Below are positions 1-14,657 of a stretch of DNA of 64,000 nt, in pieces. A model generated the notes under the pieces. That model had not been told where the DNA came from, did not search any database, and saw nothing but the letters and a program-made list of their open reading frames with translations. This stretch comes from Marsupella aquatica (taxonomy: Eukaryota; Plantae; Marchantiophyta), in the NCBI GenBank assembly GCA_973895155.1, contig OZ316891.1, positions 15,283,037 through 15,347,036 of the forward strand, written 5' to 3'. The position numbers and the translations under genes are program-made. Position 1 is the stretch's first letter; every line of letters starts with the position of its first letter.

Positions 1-585
1 CCTGCATTTTTGGTGCAACAGTAAGGTATAGTTTTTGATACTTAGAAATTTCCAGAAATGCAGTCTATAAAAGTTTTTAAACAATTTCACAAACTAGACC
101 TATTTTGTAAACTCATGACTTTTGTATGTGTTGGTGCTTGTTTTGAAGAACTATTTTACATGGATTTGGTTGCCAATCTTTTTCATGCAAATGTGTCCTT
201 TTGTGTGTCTTTTGTTATGTCTTGCCACTTTTTGTCAAGGAAGAGTCGCCAATCATGCATGGTTATGCAAGTTGCGGATAGATTCTCTTCAAAACTTTTA
301 GGAAAAATTGCACTAAACCAGTCACGCCCTTTGATGAGAGGTCTACTATCTTAGATTTTATTGCATGCTACAAAAACTTTCACTAATTATTTATTTATTG
401 AGTAATACTCATAGTCTCTAGAGATTGGCAGGTCTAGTTGCAAAACCTTTCCAGTAATAGGCTCCATAATAGCCCAAGGCATAACAAAATGAAGCAGGCC
501 TGGGATTATGAGTTACTTTGTTGTTGTGGTTCTTCAAAGTGAGCAGCATTACATAGATTTATTACTCCTGATGGCAGCCGATGTA

Positions 586-656
586 TTCTACACCAGATTA
601 TAGACTAGGCCGGTGTTTGCGGGTTCTACACCAGATTATAGACTAGCCCGGTGTTT
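586..656. repeat. Short tandem duplication (38-bp period)
   Basis: TTCTACACCAGATTATAGACTAG(G/C)CCGGTGTTT occurs at 586 and 624. Confidence 0.85.
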
Positions 657-699
657 TTTTTATGTGCCGGCTTGCCCGCCTCCCAAGGGCATTGTGTAG

Positions 700-801
700 T
701 CTATTGCCTTTGCTTAGAGGCTCTTGTCCCCTTGCTTGGTGTTGATTGCCCCATATGTCCCTCCTTTTTCAAAAACTGAAAAGAAAACAAAAACAAAAAA
801 A
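700..801 (+). mobile_element. Probable 3' tail of a non-LTR (LINE-type) retroelement
   Basis: CCTTGCTTGGTGTTGATTGCCCC...CCCTCCTTTTTC followed by an A-rich tail. It resembles the 3' end of the LINE remnant at about 53915-53990 (CTTTGCTTGGGTGGATTCGTCCCC...CCCCCTTTTTC + A-rich tail). Confidence 0.4.
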
Positions 802-1859
802 CGGCAGCTCTGGTTTAGTTGATTACACTTGTAATAGTAACCCGAGTTGTAACTGTGTCATTTGTCCGCTTGAGAAGGGGCATGGATTCTAGGTTTTCTA
901 ACCCTAAAACTTTGACCTAATGGTTTATGCAATCCGGTCGATTTCTGTGACATACAATGTCGTGAGCGGCGTGCAGCCCGCAGGAGCGCCTCATGTAGGC
1001 TGGATCGCCCATCGTCCGTCTAGTCGTCCTTTCCATTTTCAACATAAGAATGCTGCTCTGCCCCGCCAGCGCCACACTCAGCGCAGTTCCTGTTTTGTTG
1101 TGCTCACTTTGAATTCGTCCCGGGCCTTTGTGTTCTCGTTATAGGTCACAATTCGATAGTCGTGTACTGCCTTCGAGTTGCTCTTGTTTTTGAAAGTGGA
1201 TGTAATGTTTGGAGGAACTGTCAGTTTGAGTCATCGCTGCCCAGCACTGCAACTTGTGGATCCAGTTGAATCTCTTCAGCAGGGATCATGGCTCTCTTTG
1301 GATTCAGTTGAACCTCTTCACCAGGGATTATGGCTCTCTTTCCCTTCCTGGTTCTCTTTGTATAATCGGGGGTTCGGTGACCTTGTGTCGACGTATTTCA
1401 TGAAACTGAACTAGCGACTCGGCGATAGTTTTGTAGCTCCTTTGTTACGGACTCGTCTTGCGTGTGCCTCACGTGAGTTTTATGCCCCAAGTTAAGGCAC
1501 CGAATGCTTGATGAAAGGAGAGCGTGTTGTAAGGTTTGTTCACTTCAGCTCTTGTGCAAGGCCGATGATTAAATAGCATTCTAAAAGAACACCATCTTTC
1601 GGGACGGAATAGCCCTCGGGCTTTGTCGATACGTGCTAATATGACGGCCTTCTACGAATTGTTGTCGATTCTCGGTAGTAATGTTATACAGAACTCACCT
1701 GGACAAAAAGCAGGGGCTTGTGACCTTCCATGAGCCGGTCCCTCGTCAGTTTCAGGGACACAAAACGCACCACCTAATGGGTGAGCTGTTGTGGGGCTTT
1801 GCCAATCGCAAATGGTTCAATCCGTGGTGCAACATCTCTTGATACAACTTTCTTGGAAT

Positions 1860-1997
1860 CTGTTTGTCTGCAGTATCCATCCATACTTCGAATCTGCATA
1901 CTTCGATACTGCATACTGTTTGTCTGCAGTATCCATGCATACTTCAAATCTGCATACTTCGATACTGCATACTGTTTGTCTGCAGTATCCATGCATA
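1860..1997. repeat. Minisatellite, 56-bp unit x ~2.4
   Basis: TGTTTGTCTGCAGTATCCAT... starts at 1861, 1917 and 1973; the unit is built from GCATAC(TTC) sub-repeats. Confidence 0.9.
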
Positions 1998-4265
1998 GAA
2001 CTTCAGATTCGATTTCTCCTAAGAGAACAATGAAATCACAGAACGTTGCTAAAGCCGAATGCACCATCCCAATTGATCTGGACTAAACTCTTTCTAGAAA
2101 GCTGTACATGTCTATGAAGACCTTTCAGATTCTGGGAAGCACCGCATTCCACTTGGCCTTGCCAGGAACGACCGTTGGTAATGCTCATAAGACGCCTTAA
2201 GTATTGTAGATAAGGTTTGTGTTCGTGTCTGTTATGCATGGCCTCGCCAAGTGGATTCTCGTGTCTTGTTTCAGTACGCTATCTTAAGGAGAGTTCGGAA
2301 AACATTTGGGATAAAAGGTCTGTCAGATCTCGAGACTTTGGTGCACTTTTTGCTTGACGTACCGCTGGCCGAGAATTGTATTGTGCCATCCGGTGGATTT
2401 ATCTGCTCCCTGGAATAGAGACATAACGTGCATCTCCTCTCGACCCACCAACAATGTACATAGTGGAGTGACGTTATATTCTGGGACACGGCTTCTATTC
2501 AACTTTACAATGTGAGGGAGTCCTCTCTACAATCCATAAGAAGACCGAATGCTTCTTGGTTCACTTCTGCCGCATCATTCTTTGGAATCCAATTAAAGTT
2601 TGGCATGTCTGGTCAAGTGCCTTTGTCGCGCCATCTCTGCATGATGTCCCGGTTTGGAGCAATCCAAGTTGGTCAATGCGGCAGACATGTGGAGAGTGGA
2701 AAGACAACGTGGATCCCATGCCCATCAAGAATGTGGTGAAAATTGGGATAGATCAACAGCTCGGCCTTTGCGCAGGGAGACTCCTTTGGATATTTCACCA
2801 CTGATCACGAAGGAAGAAAGAATAACGAACCCCCAAGACTTCCAGCGCTAGTTGCTGAAAATGTCCCTAACTGATTAGGGCACGACTGTCGGTAGAAAAC
2901 AACGTGCAACGGCGGTGATAAGACGTTCAGCCGCGCATCAACTTCCGCTATGAGGCAGTGATAATTGAAGATCTGGGCTATCCACCCGTTGCAGGACTCA
3001 ATCATTGGAGAGTCAGAACATGTCACTGCATGACAGTGGTGTACTTGACGGATGGAAGTGCATGAACTTGAAAGACAAGCGTGATCCCTGCTAGAATAAG
3101 TCACACCGAATGATACTTCCGCATCCAAAGAGAAGAGCTCACTAGACAACCTGAGCTACGATGGAAGAGAAATTTAGCGCAAAAAAGCCCCGCAAACATT
3201 TCATGACGCATCGATTGGCACCGTCCACTATTTAGACTGAAGTTGCGACAAGCTCCAAAGAAATCCCAAAAGAACCAACCTGCATTGCTTGAAGACTGTG
3301 CAAGTCGACACTACGGTCGCCGTAATCGCCCAACTCCCTAATTTGGTACGGCGAGGACAAATGCTTGCCAGGATCCTGATGTCAGAGTCAATGCAGTAGA
3401 GCTGACGGGGCGTCCAGTGACCGCTTTCGACAAAATCAAATGAGTTGTTTTGGATCGGGCAGGCTCACCAGGGTCTAGATTCGGTGAGGAGAGGCTCTAT
3501 ACCAGCTGCTCTCTATATACCAGCTGCTCCCTCCACACTGATTAGTAGTTTCTATCCGCGGAGATTCACACATTACTCGTGCGAAGATCAGTTAGGTACG
3601 TGGCGTCGCAATGCCTGCCCGATTTCGTTTGTGAGGAATAGGTGCGAAATTGTATGAGCCTCTGGTACGTGAGGAGGAGGTGCAGCAATTTCATCAACTA
3701 TTCAACTTGGACTGCCGGCAGCTACTTCTGGATCATCAATGAGGCAATTAATAAGCAGACCTAATTGGTGGCCTAGGACCTTACCCGAGATCTGACGAGA
3801 GAAGTCTATCCGAAGGCAGATACCAGTCGCTCTTTAGGCCTTCTCGAGACATCAGCATTCCAGCAGTCCATCGTCATCTAGACTTACTGATACACTGTTG
3901 TGAGACATCGAGGGAGAGACCATCAGTGCCTATGTGTATTTGATTTCCCGCAGCACATGCCACGACAGGAGGGAGAGACCTTAAGACGTAACTGGTTTTG
4001 GTTTATGACCTCGAGCTTCAACCAAGTCTGTTCCGGGAAGATGATGTATGGTGGCCCGAGGGGCTTGGGCTTGGAGGGTTGAATGTCTATGGAGGTCTAT
4101 TGGAATGCTGTAATAAATTAGGTGGCTTTGTACCAGCTGCTGCGTTCGAAGCATATGTTATGGAACAGGAAATTACAGCATAATTCGATTCGGGTGAGAA
4201 TATATCTGAGGAGGAACTTTGAGCACAAACTCGCAGTAGGCAGATCGAACAATTAATTAGTCACC

Positions 4266-7200
4266 ATGGCAGAGAAAACGGGGATGACGGCAATGATCAG
4301 GAAATGGGTGGGGTTGACGGCCGGCATATTGATCCAGTCTCTGGCAGGGAGTGGGGTCTGCTTCTCGAACTACTCACCGCTCCTGAAATCGGTGATGCAG
4401 CTCAGCCAAGTGCAGCTCAACAACATGGGTGTCGCGAAAGACTTCGGAGAGAACGTTGGACTGCTCGCTGGGTTTGTTTGTAACTTGCTGCCTCCGTGGG
4501 CCCTGTTGCTCGTCGGTGCTGCGGAGGGGTTTACAGGCTATGGAGTGCTGTTCCTCGTCTTGACAGGACGAATTGCCCCTTTGCCGTACTGGCAGGTATT
4601 TTTGTCTGCCAGATCCGTTTTCAGTCATTTGTCGTGCTCCGTCGCGAATTCTGGTTGTCAAATCTTCTACCCAAGTTGATTTTCTAGACAGAGCGCAGAA
4701 GTAGAGAAGCTGGGATTCAATCTCCCAGAGTGGTCTGATATTCTCTCGAGAGGAAGTTTGTGTTGAAAATCACATTGTATTGACGACGATCACACGGCTT
4801 CTGACCTTGTAGTGCCGTTCTTTGTTGTTCTGCCATCCCTTGACTAATGTGCCCTTGTTTGGTTCCTGAACTTTTAAAGTCCACCGATTTTCTTCTTCCT
4901 CTCAGAGCACATTCTCGAGGATGTCGGAGAGTGTGAGATTAGAATCGACTCAAGCTTACTAGTTTTGCGATTCAAAAAGATTCCAAAACAGAAAGTAATC
5001 AAAAGTTAAAATAGATAAGCAACGCACAGAGTGCTTTCCTGTAGCAGTCGAGATATTGGTCTGGGCAGTCCTGGCTGTGTTCCCTTCACCGCTGTTCATA
5101 GATTTCCGTGGACATTGAATGTAGATCATTCTTTCCCTCGGATTCCAGGAACTAGGAACTATGCATTTGATTTTTGTCTGTTAGAGTTATGAGTCTCTGG
5201 ACTATCGGATATAATGTGATACCTCCGGGTTTTGTAGTGTACTGAATTGGATTTTTTGTTTGGTAGATTATCTTTCCTTTCAGCGTCTTTAGACTTACAT
5301 CGAGTCCCTCTCTCTACTCCGGGAATTTTACTATGAAGTCCGTATTCTTGTCGATTCATCAGCATAACACCGCTGAAGATAGAAGCAAGTAAAGTGGTCC
5401 AATTGGGTTCAGGTGCGACGTGAATGAATTCTCAAGCGATGCCTGCGCTGGTGGCAGCTTCTCTGACAATTAACGGAAACTACTGCAAGCATGCATCTCT
5501 CAAGTCGTTCAACATTGTAAACAACTTGTGCTTTGGCTGTCGTTACCGTCTGTCACCGGGGAACAATTCCTCCAGTATAGATTCATATAAGCCTCTATCC
5601 CTGGATCCCGGCTTGCTTTCGACTTGCGTGAAAGCAGTGAATATCATGATGGTTGAACTTCCATGCCTTTCGAAATTCGGATGTTTTCATTCTTGACTGG
5701 GAGTCATTCCGTTGTACAGCAACGAGAGTCTTTCTAGATGCAAGCAAGGTCGTCCGTGACCATTTCTTTTTCTGAACAGGATAATCTATCCAGGCATTAA
5801 AATGCATCTGAGTTGCCTACAGTATATTTTTTGAGCAACTCCATACTTGGGTTTTTATGACTCGGGTGTCTACTCTCGCGTCCCTATGCGGTGCCTGTCT
5901 CCGGGATGAGGAATTGTCAGAAACTAATTGTTCATTCGTTGTCTCCCCACAGATGGCGTTGCTGTTGTGTTTAGCCTCCAACAGTGCGACATGGTACAAT
6001 ACGGCAGTGTTAGTCACGTCGATGCGCAATTTCCCCCAAAGCAGAGGCACAGTGGTCGGAATTGTCAAAGGATTCATCGGCCTGAGCGGTGCGATCTTCA
6101 CGCAAATTTACATCGTTCTGTTGTCTCAAGATCCTTCCTCTTTCGTGCTTCTCCTCGCGTTCGCTCCTCTCGCGGTGGTTCTTCTTACCATGTTCTTCAT
6201 ACACCCCGTGTCGTCTCCGACTGGCGATCACGACCCAGAAGAACCAGCAGCATTCTTTTTCATCCACGTGATCTGCATCGTCCTCGCTTTGTATCTTTTG
6301 GTCGTGTCGTTGACAGAAAGTTTTGTCCCTCTCACTCTTCTGATGGGGAGAATCATGATTGCCATCATGTGCATCTTGCTCTTCTCTCCTCTTGCTGTAC
6401 CAGCCAAATTCCTGGTGGACAAGTATTTCCGCGGTGGCAGAAAAGGGTTCAGGACATTGAACACTGGCACGAAAGAGCCACTTCTGGGGGGCAAGGGCCC
6501 TGAGATGATTGACGAGGAGGTGAGGTCAGAGGAACCAGCTGCAGGGTTTGAGTCGAAGGTCCAGCACGAGGACAGAGTTAGGCAGCAGCAGCAGAGGTTG
6601 GAGAAGTCTAGCTCGATGTGTATATACGCGTCTCCAGATGTGGAAGGGGACGAGGATCCCCAAACAATGCTTGCCGTGGGAGAGGGAGCTGTGCAAAGGA
6701 AGAAGGGGCCGAGGCGTGGGGAGGACTTCACGCTCATGGAGGCTCTTGTTAAGGCAGACTTTTGGCTACTGTTCTTCACATTCTTCTGTGCAGTGGGGAC
6801 AGCGGCCACTGCTGTCAACAACCTTGGGCAAATTGGTCAGGCCCAGGGCTACGTGGATGTCACGGTGTTTGTGTCTCTGTACAGCATTTGTAACTTTTTG
6901 GGTCGCCTGGGAGGAGGAACGGTGTCAGAGTACTACGTCAGGTATGTCTATCATTTTTGTTCTAGCCCATAAGAAGACCTCCTTTGCACTGCATTTCGGT
7001 CTTCTGTGCTCTCCTCTTTCCTTGTGAACGTAATATCTTCCTAGGCGTCCAAAGGTGTCCATGAGTTGGGTTGAAGTTGATCTTCCTTCTCGTAAAATTC
7101 CCATCTTCTACTATACACTTGTTTCTACGAAGTTTTCTGCTTTTGTCTGGGTGTCCCCGGGAACTATGCTTTTCTTCCCAAAATTTATGTTCACCCAGAT

Positions 7201-8005
7201 TTTCCTTTCCTATTAGACTCTTCTGCTTGAAAGAGATAGGATTGTTGATCGCTCTCATTTCATTCAGTCATCTGATAGTGGAGTTTGTTGCCTTGCGCTC
7301 TCGATGTAGATTGTCACTTAGGCTCGCAGGGATAAACGTCAAAATTTCAGGCTCTGTTTTTCGATTGCCCAGTTGGAATATATGAAAAATAAAGAGCTGG
7401 CGTGAGACCGGAGTACTCTGAGGCTCACATTGATCGTCAACTTTGTTTGATGCAGGTTGTTTTCCATCCCTAGAACGGCAGTGATGATGGTAGCTCAGGT
7501 GTTGATGATCGTTGGGCACTTACTATTTGCTACAGCAGTTTCAGGCTCATTGCTGACTGGATCAATTTTGTTGGGTTTCTCATGTGGAGTGCACTACACA
7601 GTCATGGTCCCCACGGCATCTGAACTCTTCGGATTGCGAGACTTTGGAATGATTTACAACTTCATAACAGTCGGATCCCCTGTTGCTTCTCTCCTCTTTT
7701 CTGGAGTGATAGCTGGTTATTTCTACGATAAAGAGGCTGCAAAGTCTGCAGGAGGACTGGGTGTTGCATGTGAGGGGTCTCATTGCTTCAGGGCCACATT
7801 TATAATCATGGCCGCTGTGTGCTTGCTGGGGTTGCTTGCCAACATCGTTCTTACACTCAGAATCAGACCCGTATATCAGTCCCTGTATGGAGTTAGTCTC
7901 CGGCATGCTAACAACAGTTCTTACGAGAGTTTATCTCTTGCTGGCACAGTTCGTAGTTCTGTAAGGTCCTCAAAGTCGACTGACGGTGTTGAGAGCATTC
8001 ATTAG
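4266..8005 (+). CDS. Nodulin-like / NFD4-type major facilitator superfamily transporter; exons 4266-4595, 5953-6941, 7456-8005
   Basis: Motifs KWVGLTAGILIQSLAG, YSPLLKS, GVAKDFGENVG, NFPQSRGTVVGIVKGFIGLSGAIFTQ, RGEDFTLMEALVKADFWLLF, NNLGQIG, SELFGL and CEGSHCF. GT-AG introns with compatible phases (0, then AG|G=Arg). Confidence 0.95.
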
Positions 8006-8941
8006 CTTGTTCTATCCGTGTGGATTGACGAATGCTTTGTTAAGGGAAGCCTTTAGCTTTGGTGTTCACTTATTGGAGTGGATGCTGAGTAATCCAGATG
8101 TAGCTTCTGGATTGAGTTGGACTTGGATGTTCATTTGGTAACGGGAAGTACTGCGAATCCTTTCTTGTCAGTGAGACCAAACATGAGTGCCGAAATCTGG
8201 TTGACCTGGTTTCATCTCTTCAAAAGCCGTGGTGATAACTGCGTCAATTCTTTTGATTCGGATGTGCTACCTTCAATCCATTCTGAATCATTTGGAGGAC
8301 ATGCTGCGTCCAGCTGAATTACGCTGTGTCATGCATGTTGGGTAGGACCATTCATTTCTGGTATTAGAAGCGATGAATGGGTAGGCGCCAGATAGTTCTC
8401 TTCTTTCACAAAACTTGGGATATGGTCCAAATCCTGAAGATTACCGGTAGAAGAGAACCTTCAATCTGGTCAACATGAATCTGGCATCCCCAACATTCTC
8501 CTCGTTTTTGATAGTTTTTAGTGAACAGCATTTCTCTGCAAACTTGAACAAAATGAGAAGCAAGGGAAATGATTTATCCTCGACAGGAAACAGAAACGGT
8601 CCCTTTACTGCTTCGCAATTTGGTTGCTCTCGGATAACTTGCAACAGTGAACTAAGATGTTCTTTGCAGCTTAAGTAAGTTATGTCCATTGGTCCGACCC
8701 TGTTCTCATGCACAACTCAGTCAACACTATTCAAATGTTTGGAAAGTGATTGATGTTCACTGGACTCCAACCAGATAACCTGAGATCGTTGGGCAGTACT
8801 CCAAGTGGCCGTGGCACTGGAAGCCAATTTTGGCCTCCTGCAACTTTTATGGTTGTTCCTGGAACTCAGTCATTATGGTCAACTTGTACTCATTACAGCC
8901 GCGCTTTGAGATGCCCTATTGAAGACGGGAGGCAAGGTTTA

Positions 8942-9141
8942 AAGGATCATCTAAAGGATAAAGAAAGGTTTAAAGTTATAAAGTGTTTTAATACAAAGCA
9001 ACTTGGACGTGTTTGCTTGCTTTCTAGATGAAGCCCAAGAAGGATCATCTAAAGGATGAAGAAAGGTTCAAAGTTATAAAGGAAGTGTTTTAAAACAAAG
9101 CAACTTGGAAGTGTTTGCTTGCTTTCTAGATGAAGCCCAAG
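8942..9141. repeat. Tandem duplication, ~100-bp unit x2
   Basis: AAGGATCATCTAAAGGAT...CTAGATGAAGCCCAAG occurs twice with a few substitutions and a 4-nt indel. Confidence 0.9.
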
Positions 9142-12086
9142 GATTTCGCCGAACTCCTAAGACCCCATGTTAAATGATTGTGTTGCAATACAATCTAGGT
9201 TGGTAGGACTCGTAATTGGCATGCCAAATGCCTTAACGAACCCAGGGTTGTACTGCAAAAAAATATTTTTCTGTCGACAATTATAAGCAATTCAGTATAA
9301 TCTAATATCATATAATCTAATATGCTGTGTCACTTCAGAGACATTAAACCAATCCGTATACTCAAAAATGGTTTGGTGTGTCCTTTGGTGCGGATTTGGT
9401 GAGAAAGTTTCTTAAAAGTTTTTGATAGATGCTAGCCGTAAACGTCCAGATGTCTTTTAAGTTATGTTTGAACCAATGCAAGTTTAATCACCATAGTTAT
9501 TTCTAACCACCAGGGGTAACCACAGAATTGTCACTCACGACACCCTCTTGTCCAAGCACTGAGCCCAGAATCTCCAATTCTTCTGTAGAATGACATGGAA
9601 TGTGAATTACAACTGGCGGGAGACCAGCAACATACTTTCTCGTCGTCATGAAAGGCCAGAGGAAGAGCTGATAAGGAGGGGTAAGCAGACTGAAAATGGC
9701 TCATAGATTTCCATGCACGAGTGCTAGAGGAAAGAGAGGGAGAGAGGCGCGAATGTTAAGGTAGTTTACGGATAGGTTTATTATGTCAGTATTCTCATTT
9801 GTAAATAGTGCAACACTACAATTGAGCTTTAATGTTGTGTAACTTAAGAGGAAACGTTTTCTGCGCAACACACTCAAGTTGGGCTCTAATATTGAATAAC
9901 TTCACAGAGCCATTATGTAGGGCATGACAAGGTCCCCATATTCTGACGATGAGTGCGGCAATGATGACTTACCCTAGAAAAAACTTCACCTCAAGATCAT
10001 CTAGTCTGGTTATGCTTTGTTCATAGCCTAAACCAATCGACTTGCTCTGTTACTCCAGATCGAAGCTATCTTTCGTTTCATTAGGCACCCAAATGATGGC
10101 AGGGTCATCTATCTTCTAGCACCTTTCACTGATCTTACTGAAGATGTTTTGATACCGTCAGGGATTCACCGTTTTAGTGCCCCTTCAATCAAAGTTCCTC
10201 GTTAACGGAGCTCATCTGTGCCTTCAGCTGGGCATGAAGTCATGTGACGGACTCAGCAAAGCAAGACAGGTGTTTGTGACAGTAAAGCACACCAGTCTAG
10301 CAAACTTCCACTAGCCAAAAATCCAAGAAGCAAGGACTCTCAATAATACGTACGTCGTGACAACGTTCAGACATCTCCTTATGAAGACTTTCTATCAAGT
10401 AGCAATCCAAGAGAACAGCTATCAACTGTGATGAGGTACAACTATGCAGATAATCCAACCACAAGCAATCGTATCATTCGTCGTGCTGTCCGAGCATTCC
10501 AGACTTAGCTCAGGCTTGCTTGCAAAACAACCAGAAAATACTATGCCCGCACGTATCAGATTTAGCCCAGGCTTGCTTACAAACAACAAAGAAAAACTAC
10601 ATAACTGATAGTTTTCTGCCACATCCAGAAACATTCTGCCACATCCAGATACATTTATTCCGAGAGAAGCTATCTCAATCAGACATGGACTCCACCCTGG
10701 AGAGAAAGTCGTAGTTTACATCAGATCCCAAAACCTTTTCAAGGCGCAGCTCTCTGCCGTATCCAATCTCGATTCTTGCCTTGGTTACTTATGATGAATC
10801 ATACCTATCCCAACAAGTAGCTGAAAACCAACCTTTGCCAGTGAGGTCCCATCTGATGCTTGCCTTTCCGTAGCGTCCACGTGTAAAATCACCTAGTTCC
10901 ACTCAAAACAGCTGATAAATTGAGATTGAACTTGAACACATGAAAACCAGGACAAAACTAGCATCTGGAAGAATGTTTGTCTCAAAGGTAACATGCAAGA
11001 ACACAGTACACGACGATCAGGGATGCAAGCATATGCCAACATACCTTCCCAGTATGTACTTACTTTCAAGAACCGCAGTGCAAGTCCTTTGCACCGTTCG
11101 CAGCCACCTCAGATAAATGCTTTGCAGGGGACTCAAGCACAATTTTTCAAGGCAAAAACCAAACCACAAGATGCAATTCGAGGTCTAGTCCACATGCATT
11201 GGCCGCCAAGAGAGATAAGACTGAAGCATCTGCTAATGTGGAACAATGGAAGCTTTACTCGGCGTGCCCAACAATCATAATCTGTATTCCAGTGTGGACA
11301 ACTGTTCAAGATCTGCCTTAAATTGCAGGTCGTAACCAAATGATGTGTCCATGACATCTAGCTTCTAAGAAAACCGTTTCTGTTCTATTCATAATTCCTG
11401 CAGGCCATAGATTATACCAAGACCTTTCAATCCAGCTATGAAGCCGACCATCCCTCTACCCTGAAAACATTTCTAGAACCGTGGGACTCTGCCCATACAA
11501 TACAAACGCATACAAGCTCCTACATCCGACTTGATGATAGATGACATTAAATACACATTGCCTTACGCTATTCAGACACTGAAATCATCGAGTGAAATCA
11601 TTCCACCTGATCCTTCGACAACAGAAGTGTAGGGAGATCAATGAACGGGAGCATTAGGAATGATAAGATTGTTGGCCAATCCTGCTCACATGTGGCTATC
11701 TTCCCTATGTCGGTACCGTAAAGTGGCATTCTCCCCAATATGGGCCTATCACAATGTTCCACATGGACCCCCAAAAGTGCCACACGATCAGCTCCTCTGC
11801 AAACTGTTTGACTATGCAGTTTACCTCTGAGATGGTCCTTCACTCCCCGATCTCCTGTTGAACCCACTGTAGTTCTAATTCCTCCTTATCCAAGAATGAG
11901 TTGCTCTCTAGACGACTCAAGACAAATAATCTAACAGCCATACCCAGCCCTCGGGAGAATACACTGGGAAATATCTTTTACTTGAAGCCCTGCCCAACAC
12001 TGAAGAAATCACTGTTTTTTTGCCGGTGCTGATAGATAAGCACTTTTCTCAATTCCGTAGAGATTCACAATTGCTACGCTTTGTAG

Positions 12087-14367
12087 CTACAGAATCGTGC
12101 ATTGACATTTATTTGTCTTAGGAGAGTCCGAGAGCTGCTTGTCTGTTGAGAAACACAGCACCATAAATCTTCATGAGAAACTCCATCCAGGTAAAGCCAT
12201 CTACTTTAAGAAAGGTTTCAACAAACTATCTGAGTTCAAAGTTACTAGAGATCTATATTGCTCCGTAGTATATTTCAATCCATCTCTGTGTTGAAATTAG
12301 CTTAAAATTACCTATCTGTATTTATGGCCCTGTCATGGCCTCATCGCCAATAACAACGCAAACAGGACTTACCATTGGCCTTGTCCGAAGAAGGAGGGCG
12401 TACTACGACATGCATTGTAATTAACCCGACAGGAACTCTTGACTCGGCAAGGGTCTTATTGTTCTCCAGTACTTTCCCGGCATTTATTAACTTCATGTCA
12501 CTAATAGTCTTGGGACCGTTCTCTTTCTCTGCAGCCAGGCAACTTGTCAGAATTAGAACCACCATTCAGGAGATTTTATAAAACAGTCTGAAGCTAGGCG
12601 AGCATTAGACAACAGCTTCAAGTGTCTGGAGTAGGGTTAAGGAAAAACATGCAGCTCACTGAGAAGTCTGATGAAAAGCTTGGATTGGATAAGCCAACTG
12701 GTTGATTGGATAAGCCAACTGGCTGCCCACAACCAGATTAAAAAACGATAAGAGTAGTTCCCAAAAGCCAAGGTGAACTGGAACGCATTTTCAGACTCTA
12801 AACAATCAAAGGAAACCATTTCCGTTGCTCACGAATGCAACAACTGAGGCAAGAACGGGAGCTGCAAAATGACTAACGAGGTCAAGAGGGGCCAAAGGAT
12901 ACCAACAAATCATTTTTTTAATAGAAGCTGCATATCATTCACATCGGCAGACTGGCATAGCAATTTCCCATGTCTCTAGGAGAACCTATGATACCGATTA
13001 CGAATTCTTTCGGGGTGTTCCTAACAGGAAAAAAACGACTCTAGGTTGCAAACAATTCACGACATTGAGGAGTACTTATCCCGGATATATCAATTGTCAT
13101 TACAAGTATTGCACAGGTCGAAATGTGAGTCGAACGTGCAGGCTGATCAAAGGGCTACTTGAAAATCCACGAGACGTTACAAATTGGTTTGAAAGAAAGG
13201 GCTAGAAATAAGGCTCGACTTGGCATACTACGGACAAACTGTATACATTGTGAAACCTCCGCTCTTCAGCTCATGCCAAAGTCAGAGACACACTAGAGTC
13301 CAACTAGAAGTATTGAATTTAAACCCCGGACTGTCGGAAGAGCCCTTCGTTGCAACTACTGGATCCAGTGCCCTTGCCAATTATCGCTGTCAAACAGTTA
13401 CAATTCAAAGAAAACTATCGTGGAAAGCTATCCGCTGACATGAAGACCTATAGCTGGCCCTTTACTGGTCTACATCAATTCTTAGTGCCACAAATCGTCG
13501 TAAGACACCGTTTTCTAAATATACTCAATAAACCAACAAGTGGAATAATAGATATGAACGAACAGAAACGTGGCTCCACTTCATCGGACAGCGTGACAAT
13601 TTCGCATTACACAGCAAGGGTGAAGACGGCCCTCATGGACTGTCACACTGGTGGAATGTTTCTCTCCAGCTAATGTGGCTCTTCCGGGAGTAAGTTTCCA
13701 GGGATTTTAGGGACCCAATGCCTTTTATGCTGAATTGTCTTCATATATGAACTGTAATCCCTTGTGAACTTACTGGACCTGTGCTCCGCGGAAGTATAGG
13801 GCTTCGCCCTGGATCCCAATTTCGAATTATGTGAACCAGTGATCCCAACTGGACCTCTTCTCAACTGCTATTGCCAAGTTGAACACCATAAGTGCTCTAA
13901 CCCCATGCAAACTAAAAGGGTGTCTGTGCAAGGACTCGAGACATACTTATGTGTACATTCAGAATCTTTAGGGATAGCTCAAAGTACCTGACCGAGATTG
14001 CTCTCTTTGTGTGGCTTAGGGTTTCACTAAGAATCTTTATGGAAGTTAAGAAGTTAGTAAGCTGAGGCGCTGTAAAGCAATCATCTAACAACTCTGACAG
14101 AGAATTCGCGTCTAATTTCCAATTACCCAATCATTCGTGAAAGGGCTACAACACACATCCTGAAATGCTCTGATTTCAAGTCAAGATTAATGTGATCAAA
14201 TTGTCCATTTAACATCAGAATGAAAGATTATTGTTACCTGAAGGCCATTGAGCAAGAATGCTCTCCTTAAGAGTGGCGACGGTTGTGGCAGGAGCATAAT
14301 TATTAGGACCTATATCAGTTCCATCGTAGAGCCGAAACTTCAGTTCCACTAAATCGTCACCCGCCAT
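12087..14367 (-). CDS. MUB: Membrane-anchored ubiquitin-fold protein (113 aa); exons 14367-14238, 12528-12373, 12142-12087
   Basis: MAGDDLVELKFRLYDGTDIGP...WPS|EKENGPKTISDMKLINAGKVLENNKTLAESRVP...MHVVVRPP...|DKQLSDSPKTNKCQCTIL*. C-terminal CaaX prenylation motif; GT-AG phase-1 introns join in frame (130+156+56=342 nt). The last exon is not in the ORF track and was read manually. Confidence 0.95.
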
Positions 14368-14657
14368 ATCCGCAATTTGAAGTTGACTTGGTAAACGATG
14401 TATATGATTTACCAGAATCCTACAATTTACAGAACTACGATCGACTTCCTCAAACCTATCCTTCTTCACTGCGCTTCCTTACTTCTAGCTCCCATTGTCC
14501 GCAAATCAGAAGATTCCCAACTCCAGAGCTGCTTCAAATGTCGGTCCCACGCTTTCCCGTCGCTCGAATCCCCAAAAACTAAAACCCGCAAGAAGTTCCA
14601 AAAGCTTTCCGTCGCACGAGTCCACCTATGTTCTTGAGCCCCTCATTTGTACTCCCG

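Noticed and set aside
889-912. CTAACCCTAAAAC as a telomerase RNA template or telomeric repeat
   Set aside because: It is a single imperfect unit, with no recognisable USE/TATA promoter or array.
1860-1997. CRISPR-like repeat array
   Set aside because: Units are contiguous with no unique spacers, the context is eukaryotic, and there are no cas genes.
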